Source: Callorhinchus milii (taxonomy: Eukaryota). From it: 64,000 nt of DNA. The stretch covers positions 33,792,001-33,856,000 of the forward strand of contig NW_024704742.1 in NCBI RefSeq assembly GCF_018977255.1, read 5' to 3'. The position numbers and the translations under genes were made by a program. Of the stretch, positions 12,795-23,691 are shown one piece after another. The notes beneath the pieces are model-generated. The model had not been told where the DNA came from, made no database searches, and worked only from the letters and a program-made list of their open reading frames with translations. Positions within the stretch are counted from its first letter, which is position 1. Every line of letters begins with the position of its first letter.

Positions 12795-13690
12795 TTGGTA
12801 TTTGCCTCCAGTACCAACTCCAGCTTGTCTGGCAGACATCAAGGCCTGGATGAGTGTAAACTTCCTGCAGCTGAATGTGGACAAGACGGAAAGCCATACT
12901 TCTTGGCTCCCTTCAACGTTTTCACTCCTGCGGATTTAAACTCCTCAAACTCCCTGGGCTCTCCCTCGGACTCACCAAACCAGTGCGCATCCTAGGCGTC
13001 CCGTTCGACACCCAACTGTCCTTCCTCCCCCACATCTTTGGTCCCCGACTGCTTTCTTCCACCTCGGCCACATTGCCAGCCACCGTCCGTACCTTACCTC
13101 AAATGCAACCGAAACTCTCGTGTATGCGTTTGTCACCTCTCGCTTGGATTACTCCAATACACTCCTCACCGGTCTCCCCAGCTCCACCATTCACAAGATC
13201 CAGCTCATTCAAAACTCTGCCGCCCGCATACTGACCCAGACCAAACTCTGTACCCACATCTCACGAGTTCTGGCCAGGCTCCACTGGCTCCCCATCACTG
13301 AATAGGTCAACTTCAAGATCCTCACTCTCGTGTTCAAACCTATTCACTCCCTGGCACCTTCCTACCTCTCTGACCTCCTCACTCCCCAGTCCACCACCCG
13401 GCGCCTCCGCTCGACTGGCACCGGCCTCCTACTTATGCCTCGGACCTTCCGCCCCACCATCAGAGGTTGTGCTTTCAGCCACTACGCTCCAAAACTCTAG
13501 AACACTTTCCCTCAATCCCTCCGCCTTGCTCCCTCTCTCCCCTCTTTCATGTCTCGCCTGAAAACTTTCCTGTTCGACCGTACTTATGGTTACCTCCCCC
13601 CGGTTCGGAGTCAGGCTCCGCCACTGTTAAGCGTTCTGAGATGTTACCCTGCGTGGAGGGCGCTAAATAAGTGCAAGTTGTTATTGTTGT
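12795..13690 (+). mobile_element. L2 LINE 3' part
   Basis: AFVTSRLDYSNTLLTGLP...QLIQNSAARILT...LHWLP is the typical L2 ORF2 C-terminus; tail ends in (TTG)n. Confidence 0.92.
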
Positions 13691-16267
13691 ATTGGCAATT
13701 AAAATAGGATTTCTGAAATGGGTCACATTCATCTTTCCTTTTCTCTCCAACTCCCTCCCTTTCCCACCCCACCCCTGCTCTACTGAAGCCCTCACTTCAC
13801 CTGCTGAGCCATTGCCTGCCATCTTGGTATCTCAGTGATCATTCTGGCAAGTGTTGGCTATGAAACAAGTTACCATCTGGCACCGCCATGTGGGCAGCAA
13901 AGATACTGAGCTCAACTGTGCCTAAAACAAGCTGAGTCAGTGCAATAACAAGGAGACTTGTAAATGGAGCCATACCCCTCAGCTTGGTTTGAACAGTTTT
14001 CATGTGGATTCACATTTTTTTTCAAGTGACGCAAATAAATTGACATCCTTTCAAATCCTGCTGCTTTTTTAAAATTCATTGTGAGAGCGTTTCCAATGTA
14101 GCAACTGCAATCATGTCAGGGCATTGACACCCAGCACAAACTTTACCTTCAACACGTCAGTGACTGTGTGTCGAAAAATAAATCAGTCAAAAGATTATGC
14201 TGACCCATATAGTGGAAAAGGTTTGTTAGCACATGCGGAGATGGCAAAATCATAAGAGGTGTTTGGATAAAAAGGGAAGCCCATACGATCTCCTCCTATT
14301 AGAATTTCAATCCTATCTTCTACCCTCTACGGTAGCAATCTGGTTCAGTCCTAGCCTCAACCACTCATCCCTGCTAACAATTCCAGCTGTTGACCAGACA
14401 CAGTGTAAAATAAATTTCCTGTTGTCTGTCCTAAACTTACCTTCATAACCTTGATCTTGTGACCTCTCCTGCTGCCTGCCATAACTAAAAATATCAGAAA
14501 TAGAATCTGTTAATTTCCTTGGGCCAGTGTTATGTACCATGTGGGTTCGTTTGGATTCAGGAATACAGCAAAACTATGTTCTGTAATAAATTCAAAGTGA
14601 TAAACATCAGTTATTAAAAAATTGGCAAGTTTTCATTCATTCCTCAGAAGCGCTCTGAGACACTACCCTGTGTGGAGGGCACGATATAAGTGTAAATTGT
14701 TGAAATCCAAGACAATGGCTTAATCGCCAAACCAATTCTAACTATGTTGGGTCTTGCTTGGCTATTGCTAAACTAAGCTGCTTTAAGTCAGTAACCAGTG
14801 ACCTCGGCTGACACTCCAATACCCCCCATCACTTCTAAATTGATAAATTTGTGCAGATTCTGAGGTGGATAGAGTGTGCCCTCAAGTGGCAGAACGAAGA
14901 ATGGCAGAACGAAACCTAATCTCAATTTAAATTCCGTAAATTGCACTAATCTTATAACCAGTATACAACAATAATGATAGTCCTTGCCTTGATCAATTTT
15001 ATCATGGTTTGGGATTTTGATCAGGAGATCAGGAAAAGCTCCCTTCAAATAGTGCAATGAGGCATTTAACTTCCACCTGAACACACAGATAGGATCTTGT
15101 TTTTAGACCCCATCCGAAGGACACCACCATTGATAATGCAGCAGTCCCCCCCCCCCCCCACAGCACTACATTGGAGTGTCAGCCTAGGATGCGAGTTCAA
15201 AGTTTTGTGGGCGAAATACCCACAAAATAAACTGCAACATCGCACCCGATCTATGGGTTTGTGTTGTTAAGCATATCAGGACAACACTCTGATGTACGAT
15301 TTTAAGAATATTTTCTCTCCCTCTATGGGCACACAGAGTGTGCTGCCCGTTCAACCTCCATCAGTTCTGCTCCCTGTAGCAATATACTACAGAAAAGCAT
15401 TCTCCTAGTAACCAGACTGCTACCACTGAAGGTCACAAGAGGCCTAAATGGGCCCTGCAATCACGGCCTTGACAACAACTAAATTCAGTGACTTGTTACT
15501 CAATCAGACAAATCTGATTTGTGACAAATCTCTTGATTTTTATAACCTATAACCGTGATAAGTGTAATTTTTTTCCCCTCAAGTTATGTGATTTGGGGAT
15601 TTTCCCATAATAAGTGACTCCACTAAAGGCTCTGTAAGTTTACGATCAAGTGGAAAGTAACCCAGTTGGTTTTTCACTGTGAAGCGACTTGAATGGAGAA
15701 GACTTTCTGAGCTTCCGACTAAACAGCCTGTTCACACTGGCAGCCACAGCAATCTTCTTTTCTGGTCTACGTTCAATGTTTTACTTCAAATGATAGTTCA
15801 TGGTTCAAATACTGATCTTGCGGTGTCACGGGATCAGAAGAAATCACAAGGGACACAAGGAATAAAGAAGCCCAATGGACAAAGACCAGGAGCTCACTGG
15901 CCCAGATCTCAGTCCATGCGCTTTGGGACGTCCTCCCGACGTGAAAAGCGCTGTATCAAATGCAAGAATTATTATTATTATTATTAATATTAGTGGAGCG
16001 GCATTCAGACCATCGGGGACCAAACTTAACACTGTGACACAAAAAAAAACAACCCCCCACCACCGGGTAACAGCAGCACCGACACACCATCGGGGTCGCT
16101 CTCTCCGGTGTACACCTCCGTCGCAGCGCTCAATCTCTTTGCCCGTCTGAAACCCCGACACTGCAGTCAACGCGACCTCACCCCCCGCGCCCTCTGCGCA
16201 GTGCACAACGCACAGCGCTGCGACTTCTGAAGGAAATACGGTTTTCTTTCTCGCGACGATGCGTTAC

Positions 16268-16480
16268 CTTTTTTTTTCCTCCTCGGATTTTTTTATTTTA
16301 TTTATTTATTTATTTTTTCGCGGCCTCTTCCGGGTTAAAGGGATTCGGGAGCGGACACACACACACACACACAGTGAATTGCTCCGTAAGGTTCAGCTCT
16401 CAAAGTGACGCGCGGAAAAAGAAAAACAAAAAAAAAAAGGGCCTCTGAGAGATTGTCGGCAAAATGCAGCGGCGAAACCC
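16268..16480 (-). other. Candidate ALPK1 5' non-coding exon (start uncertain)
   Basis: Minus-strand donor AAG|gtaacg at 16268/16267, directly downstream of the kappaB/GC/CCAAT cluster. Confidence 0.4.
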
Positions 16481-16544
16481 GACCATTGGGGGGACTCCGC
16501 TCTCCGGGAAATTCCAGACCCCGCCCCAAGCGGGGAATTCCCGA

Positions 16545-16818
16545 CCCGTGTGACCTCATCGCCCCTCTGTGACCTCATCGCCCCTCTGTGACCTCACAGC
16601 TCCAGCCTCCTCGCCCCTCTGTGACCTCACAGCTCCAGAATTCCCGACCCTCTGTGACGTCACAGCTCCAGCCTCCCCGACCCTCTGTGACCTCCAGAAT
16701 TCCCGACCCTCTGTGACGTCACAGCTCCGGAATTCCCGACCCTCTGTGACGTCACAGCTCCGGAATTCCCGACCCTCTGTGACGTCACAGCTCCAGAATT
16801 CCCGGCCCTCAGTGACCT
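16545..16818. repeat. 33-bp minisatellite with palindromic CRE and kappaB-like motif
   Basis: Unit CTCTGTGACGTCACAGCTCC(G/A)GAATTCCCGACC. TGACGTCA occurs at 16655, 16714, 16747 and 16780, with shorter degenerate TGACCTCA units to the left. Confidence 0.95.
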
Positions 16819-16860
16819 GTCCCCAGCCCCGCGGGGCTCCCTCTGGACTTGTCTCCTCAA

Positions 16861-17420
16861 CCCCCCGCCCTACCCCCTCACCCCCTCACTCCCCCCTCAC
16901 CCCCCCCCTCAGCCCCACCCCCTCACTCCCCTCAGCCCCACCCCCCCCCACCCCCTCACCCCACCCCCTCACTCCCCCTCAGCCCCACCCCTCACCCCCC
17001 CCCTCAGCCCCACCCCTCACTCCCCTCAGCCCCCCCCCTCAGCCCCCCCCTCACCCCCCCACCCCCCCCTCACCCCACCCCCTCAGCCCCCCTCACCCCC
17101 CCCCTCACCCCCCTCACCCTCACCCCCCTCACCCCACCCCCTCACCCCCCTCACCCCCCTCAGCCCCACCCCTCAGCCCCCTCACCCCCCTCACCCTCAC
17201 CCCCCATCACCCCACCCCCCTCACCCCCCTCACCCCCTCAGCCCCACCACCTCAGCCCCCCCTCACCCCCCCTCACCTCACCCCCCCCCCACCCCCTCAC
17301 CCCCCTCAGCCCCACCCCCTCACCCCCACCCCCACCCTCACCCCCCTCAGCCCCCCTCAGCCCCACCCCCTCAGCCCCACCCCCTTCAGCCCCACCCCCT
17401 CACCCCGACCCCTCACCCCC
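16861..17420. repeat. C-rich low-complexity tract (CCCCTCA/CCCCTCAG-type units), G-quadruplex-prone on - strand
   Basis: About 560 bp made almost entirely of C runs separated by TCA, TCAG or A. Confidence 0.95.
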
Positions 17421-17598
17421 GGGGGCAACGATGACCAGACCACAGGAGAGCCGCGGAGGGCCTCCAGTTCCCAGGGCACAGGCGCCGCCCGGAGTGCGAT
17501 TGGTCGCTGGAGATGTCATTAACCGCAACAGCGTCGACACTAATATTTTGTTCACTCAGTGCATCTCCCAACAGCAAAGCTCTCAGTCAGTCACTCAC

Positions 17599-17720
17599 CA
17601 CCAGCGGCTCAATCCACTGCAGTGCCACAACGCCGAGGCTGAGAGCTGCAGCGCGTCTCTCAAGCAACGTTGGTACTCCCTCTCTCCCTCTCTCTCGTTA
17701 GCTCCAGTCGGAACAAGTTG
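17599..17720 (-). other. Candidate alternative ALPK1 5' non-coding exon
   Basis: Strong minus-strand donor TG|gtgagt at 17599/17598; TATA-like element about 25 nt upstream of the inferred start. Confidence 0.35.
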
Positions 17721-17774
17721 GAACAGAAGGTGTGTATATGGAGTATATATAACGGCTGCAGTTCGTCACAACCA

Positions 17775-17971
17775 TTTGTTTTAATCATCAGAAGTTAAAC
17801 GACTTAAGATTTATTCGTAAGGTATTAAGACTTAAGGTTTATTCATGTCCGGACTGATGCCCCGATAACGCCGTGAGACCGCTGCACTGTTGGAGCTGCT
17901 GTCCTTCAGTGTAAGGACATCACGGTGAGAGGTGTTGTACAAATCCAATGGCACCGTTTAGAAAAAAAGAA
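17775..17971 (+). other. Candidate TIFA 5' non-coding exon
   Basis: Plus-strand donors CG|gtgaga (17924) and AA|gtgagt (17971) downstream of the TATA-like element. The TIFA coding exon has an acceptor at 20775 that needs an upstream exon. Confidence 0.4.
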
Positions 17972-18024
17972 GTGAGTTCCGTTTTTGAATAGTGTGCCCC
18001 GGTCAACATACCCCCACATAGCAT

Positions 18025-18330
18025 CGCTTACAGCACTCGCTTTGCAAGAGGGAGACCTGAGTTCAATTCCAGGCAGAGGGCGAAACCTCGGGCAAGTTTC
18101 CTTACTCCACACTGAGCCTAATAATAATCCCTCCAAAACCCAAAACGATAATAAATTGGTCATTTTCAATCCACGACTGTTTGTGGGACATTGCTGTGCG
18201 CAATTGGCTGCCGCGTCGGCCCACAAATATACGGTCAATTCACTTTACAGTGTGTTCTGTGAAGCGCTTTGGGACGTCCTCCCGACGTGAAAAGCGCTAT
18301 ATCAAATGCAAGGATTATTATTATTATTGT
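18025..18330 (+). mobile_element. Young tRNA-derived SINE
   Basis: Same family; A-box region altered; (TTA)n tail. Confidence 0.9.
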
Positions 18331-19108
18331 TAAAGGGGGCAAGTGTGGACTGAGATTTACAACAACAACAAGATTCCATTTATAGAGCGCCTTTCACGTC
18401 GGGAGGACGTCCCAAGGCGCTACTCTACAATGACTCTACAGAAAGCAATGTTTCTATGCTTATTGACACTTGGGCAGATATTATCTGCAGAACCGTTTTC
18501 TTTTGGGCACCCGGGTATATATATATATATTTACCCGTATGCACGAATTCATCATCATGCTTTAGAGTATTCAAACCAATTCCACGCATCCCACCTACAC
18601 CTGGAAATTCCAGAGATATTTATTGGAATGCGCACTCTCTGCCTCCAGGGACTGGTGTCCTGCTGGAGCCAAACCAGCTAAACCACATAGTTTGCCATGC
18701 GGAGGATTTATTTAGATGTGAAGATTACTTGACATGTATTTTCGACCTGTTTTACTTTGGGGATCAGGGAGTATTGGTGAAGAACTTTTCTCGAAGATGG
18801 TGAGGTTGAATTCACAAATAGTTTTGGATTCAGGTAGGATGAGTGGCCTTTTCTTATCCTTTCTTTTTATTTCATTAATTTCATTTTCATTTTGCCCACA
18901 AATATACAATACTTCACACATATATAATATAAATATACAGTTAATTCACTTTACCATCGCTCAGATCTTCAGCTGTCTTTTAAAGGGACCATGAAAAGCC
19001 AAAAAAGAAGTTGCTCCTTTCCTCCTCAAAGTACAGAAACATTGCAGATTTCCTTCTCACTTTTAAAATGTAAAGAGAAGACGAGAACAGAATAAGATGA
19101 AGAGATGA

Positions 19109-19415
19109 TAATAATAATAATAATAATCCTTGCATTTGATATAGCGCTTTTCACGTCGGGAGGACGTCCCAAAGTGCTTCACAGAACACACTGTAAAGTG
19201 AATTGACTGTATATTTGTGGGCGAACGCGGCAGCCAATTGCGCACAGCAATGTCCCACAAACAGACGTAGATTGAAAATGACCAATTTATTATTCATTAT
19301 TATTGTTTTTATTTATTATTGGTTTTGGTTTTGGAGGGATTATTATTAGGCGTGTGGAGTAAAGAAACTTGCCCAAGGTTTCGCCCTCTGCCTGGAATTG
19401 AACTCTGGTCTCTTG
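19109..19415 (-). mobile_element. Young tRNA-derived SINE (5' truncated)
   Basis: Reverse copy, ends in the B-box region. Confidence 0.9.
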
Positions 19416-20084
19416 GGTTGTATATTCTCATGTTTCCTCAAGTTGTATATTCTCAAGTTTCCTCAAGTTGAGGCTTGCTTGCTTGCTTAATGTTTTTTTT
19501 AAATTAGGTTACTCACTGGTGTAGTTTTGAACTGGACAGCCCAGTTTTTTGAGTGTGATATCTAAGAGCTTCTAAAATGTAAACTTTGAAAGAAAACTTG
19601 TTTGAAGTTTTTTTTAAGAAGACCCTCTTCATATTTTGTTTTACTTCAATAGACATGAAATTCCACTTGTTGGTGGCATGCATGGAATTCTGTCTAGTTT
19701 GCAAATTCCTGATGTGCTGATACATTTCCGTGTGTGTCAGACATTTGGCTGACAAAAACAAAATTCTTAAAATTTAAGCCTTAAAATTAAAGCCTGAAGA
19801 CAAATTGTCCACAGTCTTAAATTTTAAGACATTGTCTGGTGAACTTTCAGATATTTTACTGTTGTTCTATGTAACTCTGTCACTTTCTTCTGAATTCCCT
19901 CCCATTTTGCTCACTCCCTTTCTGCTTTCAATACCAAATCCCTCTGAAACAAAACCTTACCTCTTTGACTGACTCCCTGGCCACCTCGTCTTCCTTGCTT
20001 GTCTGAATGATACAATGTCAGAGTTTGCTCCTTCAAGAAGCCAGCCATTCTTATTCCTTGCTCTTTTCCATATCCTCTAATTGC

Positions 20085-20402
20085 TGTCCTGTAGCTCAGT
20101 GGTTAGAGCACTCGCTTTGCAAGCGAGAGACCTGAGTTCAATTCCAGGCAGAGGGCGAAACCTTGGGCAAGTTTCCTTACTCCACACAGAACCTAATAAT
20201 AATCCCTCCAAAACCCAAAACAATAATAAATTGGTCATTTTCAATCTACGACTGTTTGTGGGACATTGCTGTGTACAATTGGCGGCCGCGTTCGCCCATA
20301 AATATACAGTCAATTCACTTTACAGTGTGTTCTGTGAAGCACTTTGGGACGTCCTCCTGACGTGAAAAGCGCTATATCAAATACAAGGATTATTATTATT
20401 AT
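20085..20402 (+). mobile_element. Young tRNA(Ala-TGC)-like SINE, full length
   Basis: A box TAGCTCAGTGG, anticodon arm CTCGC-TTTGCAA-GCGAG, B box GAGTTCAATTCC, body and (TTA)n tail. Confidence 0.95.
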
Positions 20403-20793
20403 AAGGATTATTATTAAGGTACTATATTAAATGCAAGGATTATTATTCTTAGTGTAGTATGTTAGTAATGTGCTGCTGATGATGGACATTGGTAAATAAT
20501 AGAGATTGTATTTTAGTCTGGGTCAGGATCTGAATAACTCTGTTTCTGTCGAGAGCGGGTAATATGCAATGGTACAATTTTGCATGGAACAAATAGCATC
20601 TGAATGACATTGAAACTATAATGGTTCTGATGGGTAGATTTTATGGTTCCCACCTGAAATTATTGCTGAGAAAGCACAAAATTGATTTGGTAAAACTCCA
20701 TGTCTTAATTGTTTTCATTCGTGGCGTACGCAGTGCAGTTATTGTGCTCATCACAAATACTTATTTGCTTTGCAGAAGAATAAACTTGACAGA

Positions 20794-21384
20794 ATGTCTT
20801 GTGACAGAACAGCCTTTGAAACTGCTGAGACGGAAGAGACCATAACTTGTCTGAACATCCATATCTACCATCCACAGCCGACCGTGTTTCAGTCTCTCAC
20901 TTTGGACAAGAAGTTGAAATTCCGAACTGATGAGGTGCTGAAGTTTGGACGTGACTCAAATATCTGTAATTTTCCGTTAATAGACAAACGGGCCTCACGA
21001 ATCCAGTTCAGCATTCAGGCTGTTAGATTCCTTGAAAGTACAGAACTTTGTTTTGAAATTAAAAATTTGAGCCTAAAGACTAAAATCTCTGTGGATTTTG
21101 CAATCTTGAATCACCTCAACAAGGTAGAGTTGTTAAGGAGGGGCCTGTTGCGGTTTGGTGAGTATCAGCTTTGCTTGGAAAAAGAAGATGGAGAATCCAG
21201 AGAACAGTTTGAAATCCTTTTCAAGTTGTCCCTCGTTCCACTGTATTCAGAGAGAGTGGTGGAGTCTCTAAACATTTCAGTTCCTGAATCTGGCATCTTG
21301 AACAATGGAGGGATTACATCTTCTCTCAGTTCTTTGGCGATTCCAGTGGAGATGGATGAAAATGACTTAAATAAACCAACTTAG
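20794..21384 (+). CDS. TIFA: TRAF-interacting protein with FHA domain (196 aa, single coding exon)
   Basis: ATG at 20794 follows the acceptor tttgctttgcag| (exon starts 20776). The protein has FETAETEET (T13 matches human pT9), FHA motifs FGRDSN, ASRIQ and EIKNLS, then RFGEYQ..EKEDGES and the C-terminal TRAF6 motif PVEMDE. Confidence 0.97.
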   Translation: MSCDRTAFETAETEETITCLNIHIYHPQPTVFQSLTLDKKLKFRTDEVLKFGRDSNICNFPLIDKRASRIQFSIQAVRFLESTELCFEIKNLSLKTKISVDFAILNHLNKVELLRRGLLRFGEYQLCLEKEDGESREQFEILFKLSLVPLYSERVVESLNISVPESGILNNGGITSSLSSLAIPVEMDENDLNKPT

Positions 21385-21689
21385 TCTCATAGCAACAGAC
21401 GACAAAATTTGCGATAAGCCTTGGTCTGTGCTGAGTAGGCTGACCTCGGCTGGAGATCAGTGTTCTAAATGACCTGAGTGGGGCCATCGTGTGCACAAAA
21501 TGGTGTACATTAAAGGGTGTATGTATAATGGCACATTGGAGAATCCCTGAGATTAACATGTAAACTGCTAGACATAACGTTATACAACAAAATCTAATAG
21601 TTGTCTATTTAGTCTCTTTTAGTATCCAATATAATTTAATTGGTATTTAATTGTAGTAATGAGTGATGATAATGAGAAAAATAATCGTT

Positions 21690-22103
21690 ACATTTGTTAT
21701 AGTGCCTTTCACGTATGGAGGATCTCTCGAAGCACTTCACAGGATATATTGTAAAATGGACTGACTATTTTGTCGGCGAAACATGGCAACCAATTGCACA
21801 CAGCAATATCCTCAAACCGCCATGGAGTGATTGACCAATTTTATTTGGAGGATTGTTGGCCAGGACACTCTGAGAAACCCCTTCTCTTTCTGAATAGGTC
21901 CATGGGATCTTTAACATCCAACTGTAAAGGCAGATGGGACCTCAGTTAAACATCTCATTTGACTGACGGCACCTCCAAGAATGCAACTCCAGCACTGCAT
22001 TGGAGTATTAGCTTAGACAATATGATTCCAAGTGCTGACGTGACATGAATGCATAACCTTCTGATTCAGAGGCAAGAATACTACCACTGAGCCAGGCTGA
22101 CAC
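21690..22103 (-). mobile_element. Old Deu-domain-like SINE downstream of TIFA
   Basis: Full reverse copy ending ccactgagccaggctgacac. Confidence 0.8.
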
Positions 22104-22578
22104 ACATTTATAGATGAATGCCGCAGTCCAATTGCACACAACAATGCTCCACAAAGTTAAATGTGAAGCCATGAAATGCATGACCAATTTTATTTTGGGG
22201 GATTGTTGACCAGGACACTGGGAGAATCTCCCCTCTGTTTTTGAGTCATGCCACGAGCAGGCAGTCAGGAACCTCGGTTATCAACCTGTCCACTCCCTTC
22301 GTTCAGCGGGCTCTGGCCTGCTCCATGTCCTCCACTTGGCCCGCCCCATCATTGGAACTCCATCCCTTCGCCTCGCTCCCTTGCCTCCTTCAAGGCACGT
22401 CTCAAGATCCTCCTCTTCGACCCTTCTTTTGGCAACCCTCCCTACCATGAAAGGCACTGTACAAGGTGAATTATATTATATGAACTTGGACAATACACAG
22501 ATTAGGTATGATAATGGAACATGGACTGACTTACACTTGTGGCTAACCACTTGAATGCATTATTATACTTGTCATGTA

Positions 22579-23691
22579 CAGTGGAAGCCGTTGAATTTGG
22601 ACACCGTTTGTTTTGGACAAACCTCCAGTTCCCAATTGTTTCAATTGTAAGCCTATTTAAACTATTCCAGATTATTTGGACATTAATCAGAATAATTCAG
22701 ACAAAATCCGGCACTGGTTGTCGCACCTGCATGGACCTTTTTTATAATCCACTCGGGTGCTGACATAGGAGCAGCACCTTTGAGAATTTGCTAAGTGTGT
22801 CTGCATGCAAAATCCATGTAATGCTCTCGCACTGTGCTTTAAAAAAGACAGAGCTCTCATCCCATCCCTCGCGATCAGTTTGTGTCAAAATCATGTCGAC
22901 GAAAGTATCTCTAATGCACCAACAGAAGCTAGAAGTTTTAGACCAAGTCAGAAAAGAGCAGCATGGAACTCCTCTATGAGGTCTAGCCAGAAGACTCAAC
23001 GTGAAGAAGTCGATGCTGGCTAACCTAATTGCCAACAAACAGAAGCTGCGCAACACAGCTGCCTTGAGGCAATGTTGGTCTCCTTAAGAAGAAGAAGTGC
23101 AAAGGAACAGATCCAGAGGTGGACTATGCTCTTCTTATGTGGTTCTAAAGGGTATCCATCAAGGGTCTGCTGCTCAATGGAACCATCCTCAAAGCTAAAG
23201 CAGAGAGCCTGGCGCGCGACCTCAGTAAGTTGGACATCTCTGCGTACCACAACATCTTGTACAACTTGATTACTGGAGTAAGACCAACCTCAGGAACTGC
23301 TCTCTTCCTACAAATGTTCTAACACATTTCAATGAAATTGTCACGAGCATTAGGGAGATATGCTATACTCATCTTGTGCAGTCTGACTTGAGAGAATTTT
23401 TTTTATTAAAAAGGTTCACATTTTTGTAACTTGAGATTTTATACAACTTGCTTTTTCACTTTATTGTAAATAAAGCCTCCTGTTTATAAAGAGACAATCA
23501 CCTTTGTAAATGATCACTGAGCATTCTTTCAGGTCTTTATTTACGTACCAGGTGTAATTAGTGCTGTAACAGGTCACACAATGAAGTAAACTGGGTGCTA
23601 TTTAATGGATTGATTTTGGATAACTTTGGATGCCAGTCGATTCAGATAAAACACCCTGCCCTGACATGTGCAATTGAAGCGGCTTCCACCG
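22579..23691 (+). mobile_element. Tigger/pogo (Tc1-mariner) internally deleted transposon
   Basis: TA|CAGTGGAAGCCG...CGGCTTCCACCG|TA termini; remnants KVSLMHQQKLEVLDQV...LARRLNVKKS and VDYALLMWF*...LLLNGTILKAKAESLA resemble CENP-B/pogo HTH domains. Confidence 0.85.

Larger units (their letters stand above)
16050..17980. promoter_or_regulatory. CpG-rich putative bidirectional ALPK1/TIFA promoter region
   Basis: Strongest CpG-rich zone of the window, lying between the divergent genes. ETS CTTCCGG 16327-16333, reverse CCAAT 16485-16489, kappaB GGGAAATTCC 16506-16515 and GGGGAATTCCC 16532-16542, GC box 16519-16527, TATATATAA 17744-17752. Splice donors point outward on both strands. Confidence 0.75.

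Noticed and set aside
16545..16818. CRISPR-like appearance of a palindromic 33-bp repeat
   Set aside because: Units are directly tandem with no unique spacers, the context is eukaryotic, and there are no cas genes.
16569..17784. 317-aa and 311-aa proline-rich ORFs
   Set aside because: Stop-free only because they run through the minisatellite and the C-rich tract; non-ATG starts and no domain.
20085..20160. tRNA-Ala(TGC) gene
   Set aside because: No complete acceptor stem or T-run terminator; it continues into a SINE body and is repeated many times.
20770..20793. N-terminal extension of TIFA in the ORF track (204 aa)
   Set aside because: Starts at a TTG overlapping the splice acceptor; the first ATG is at 20794.
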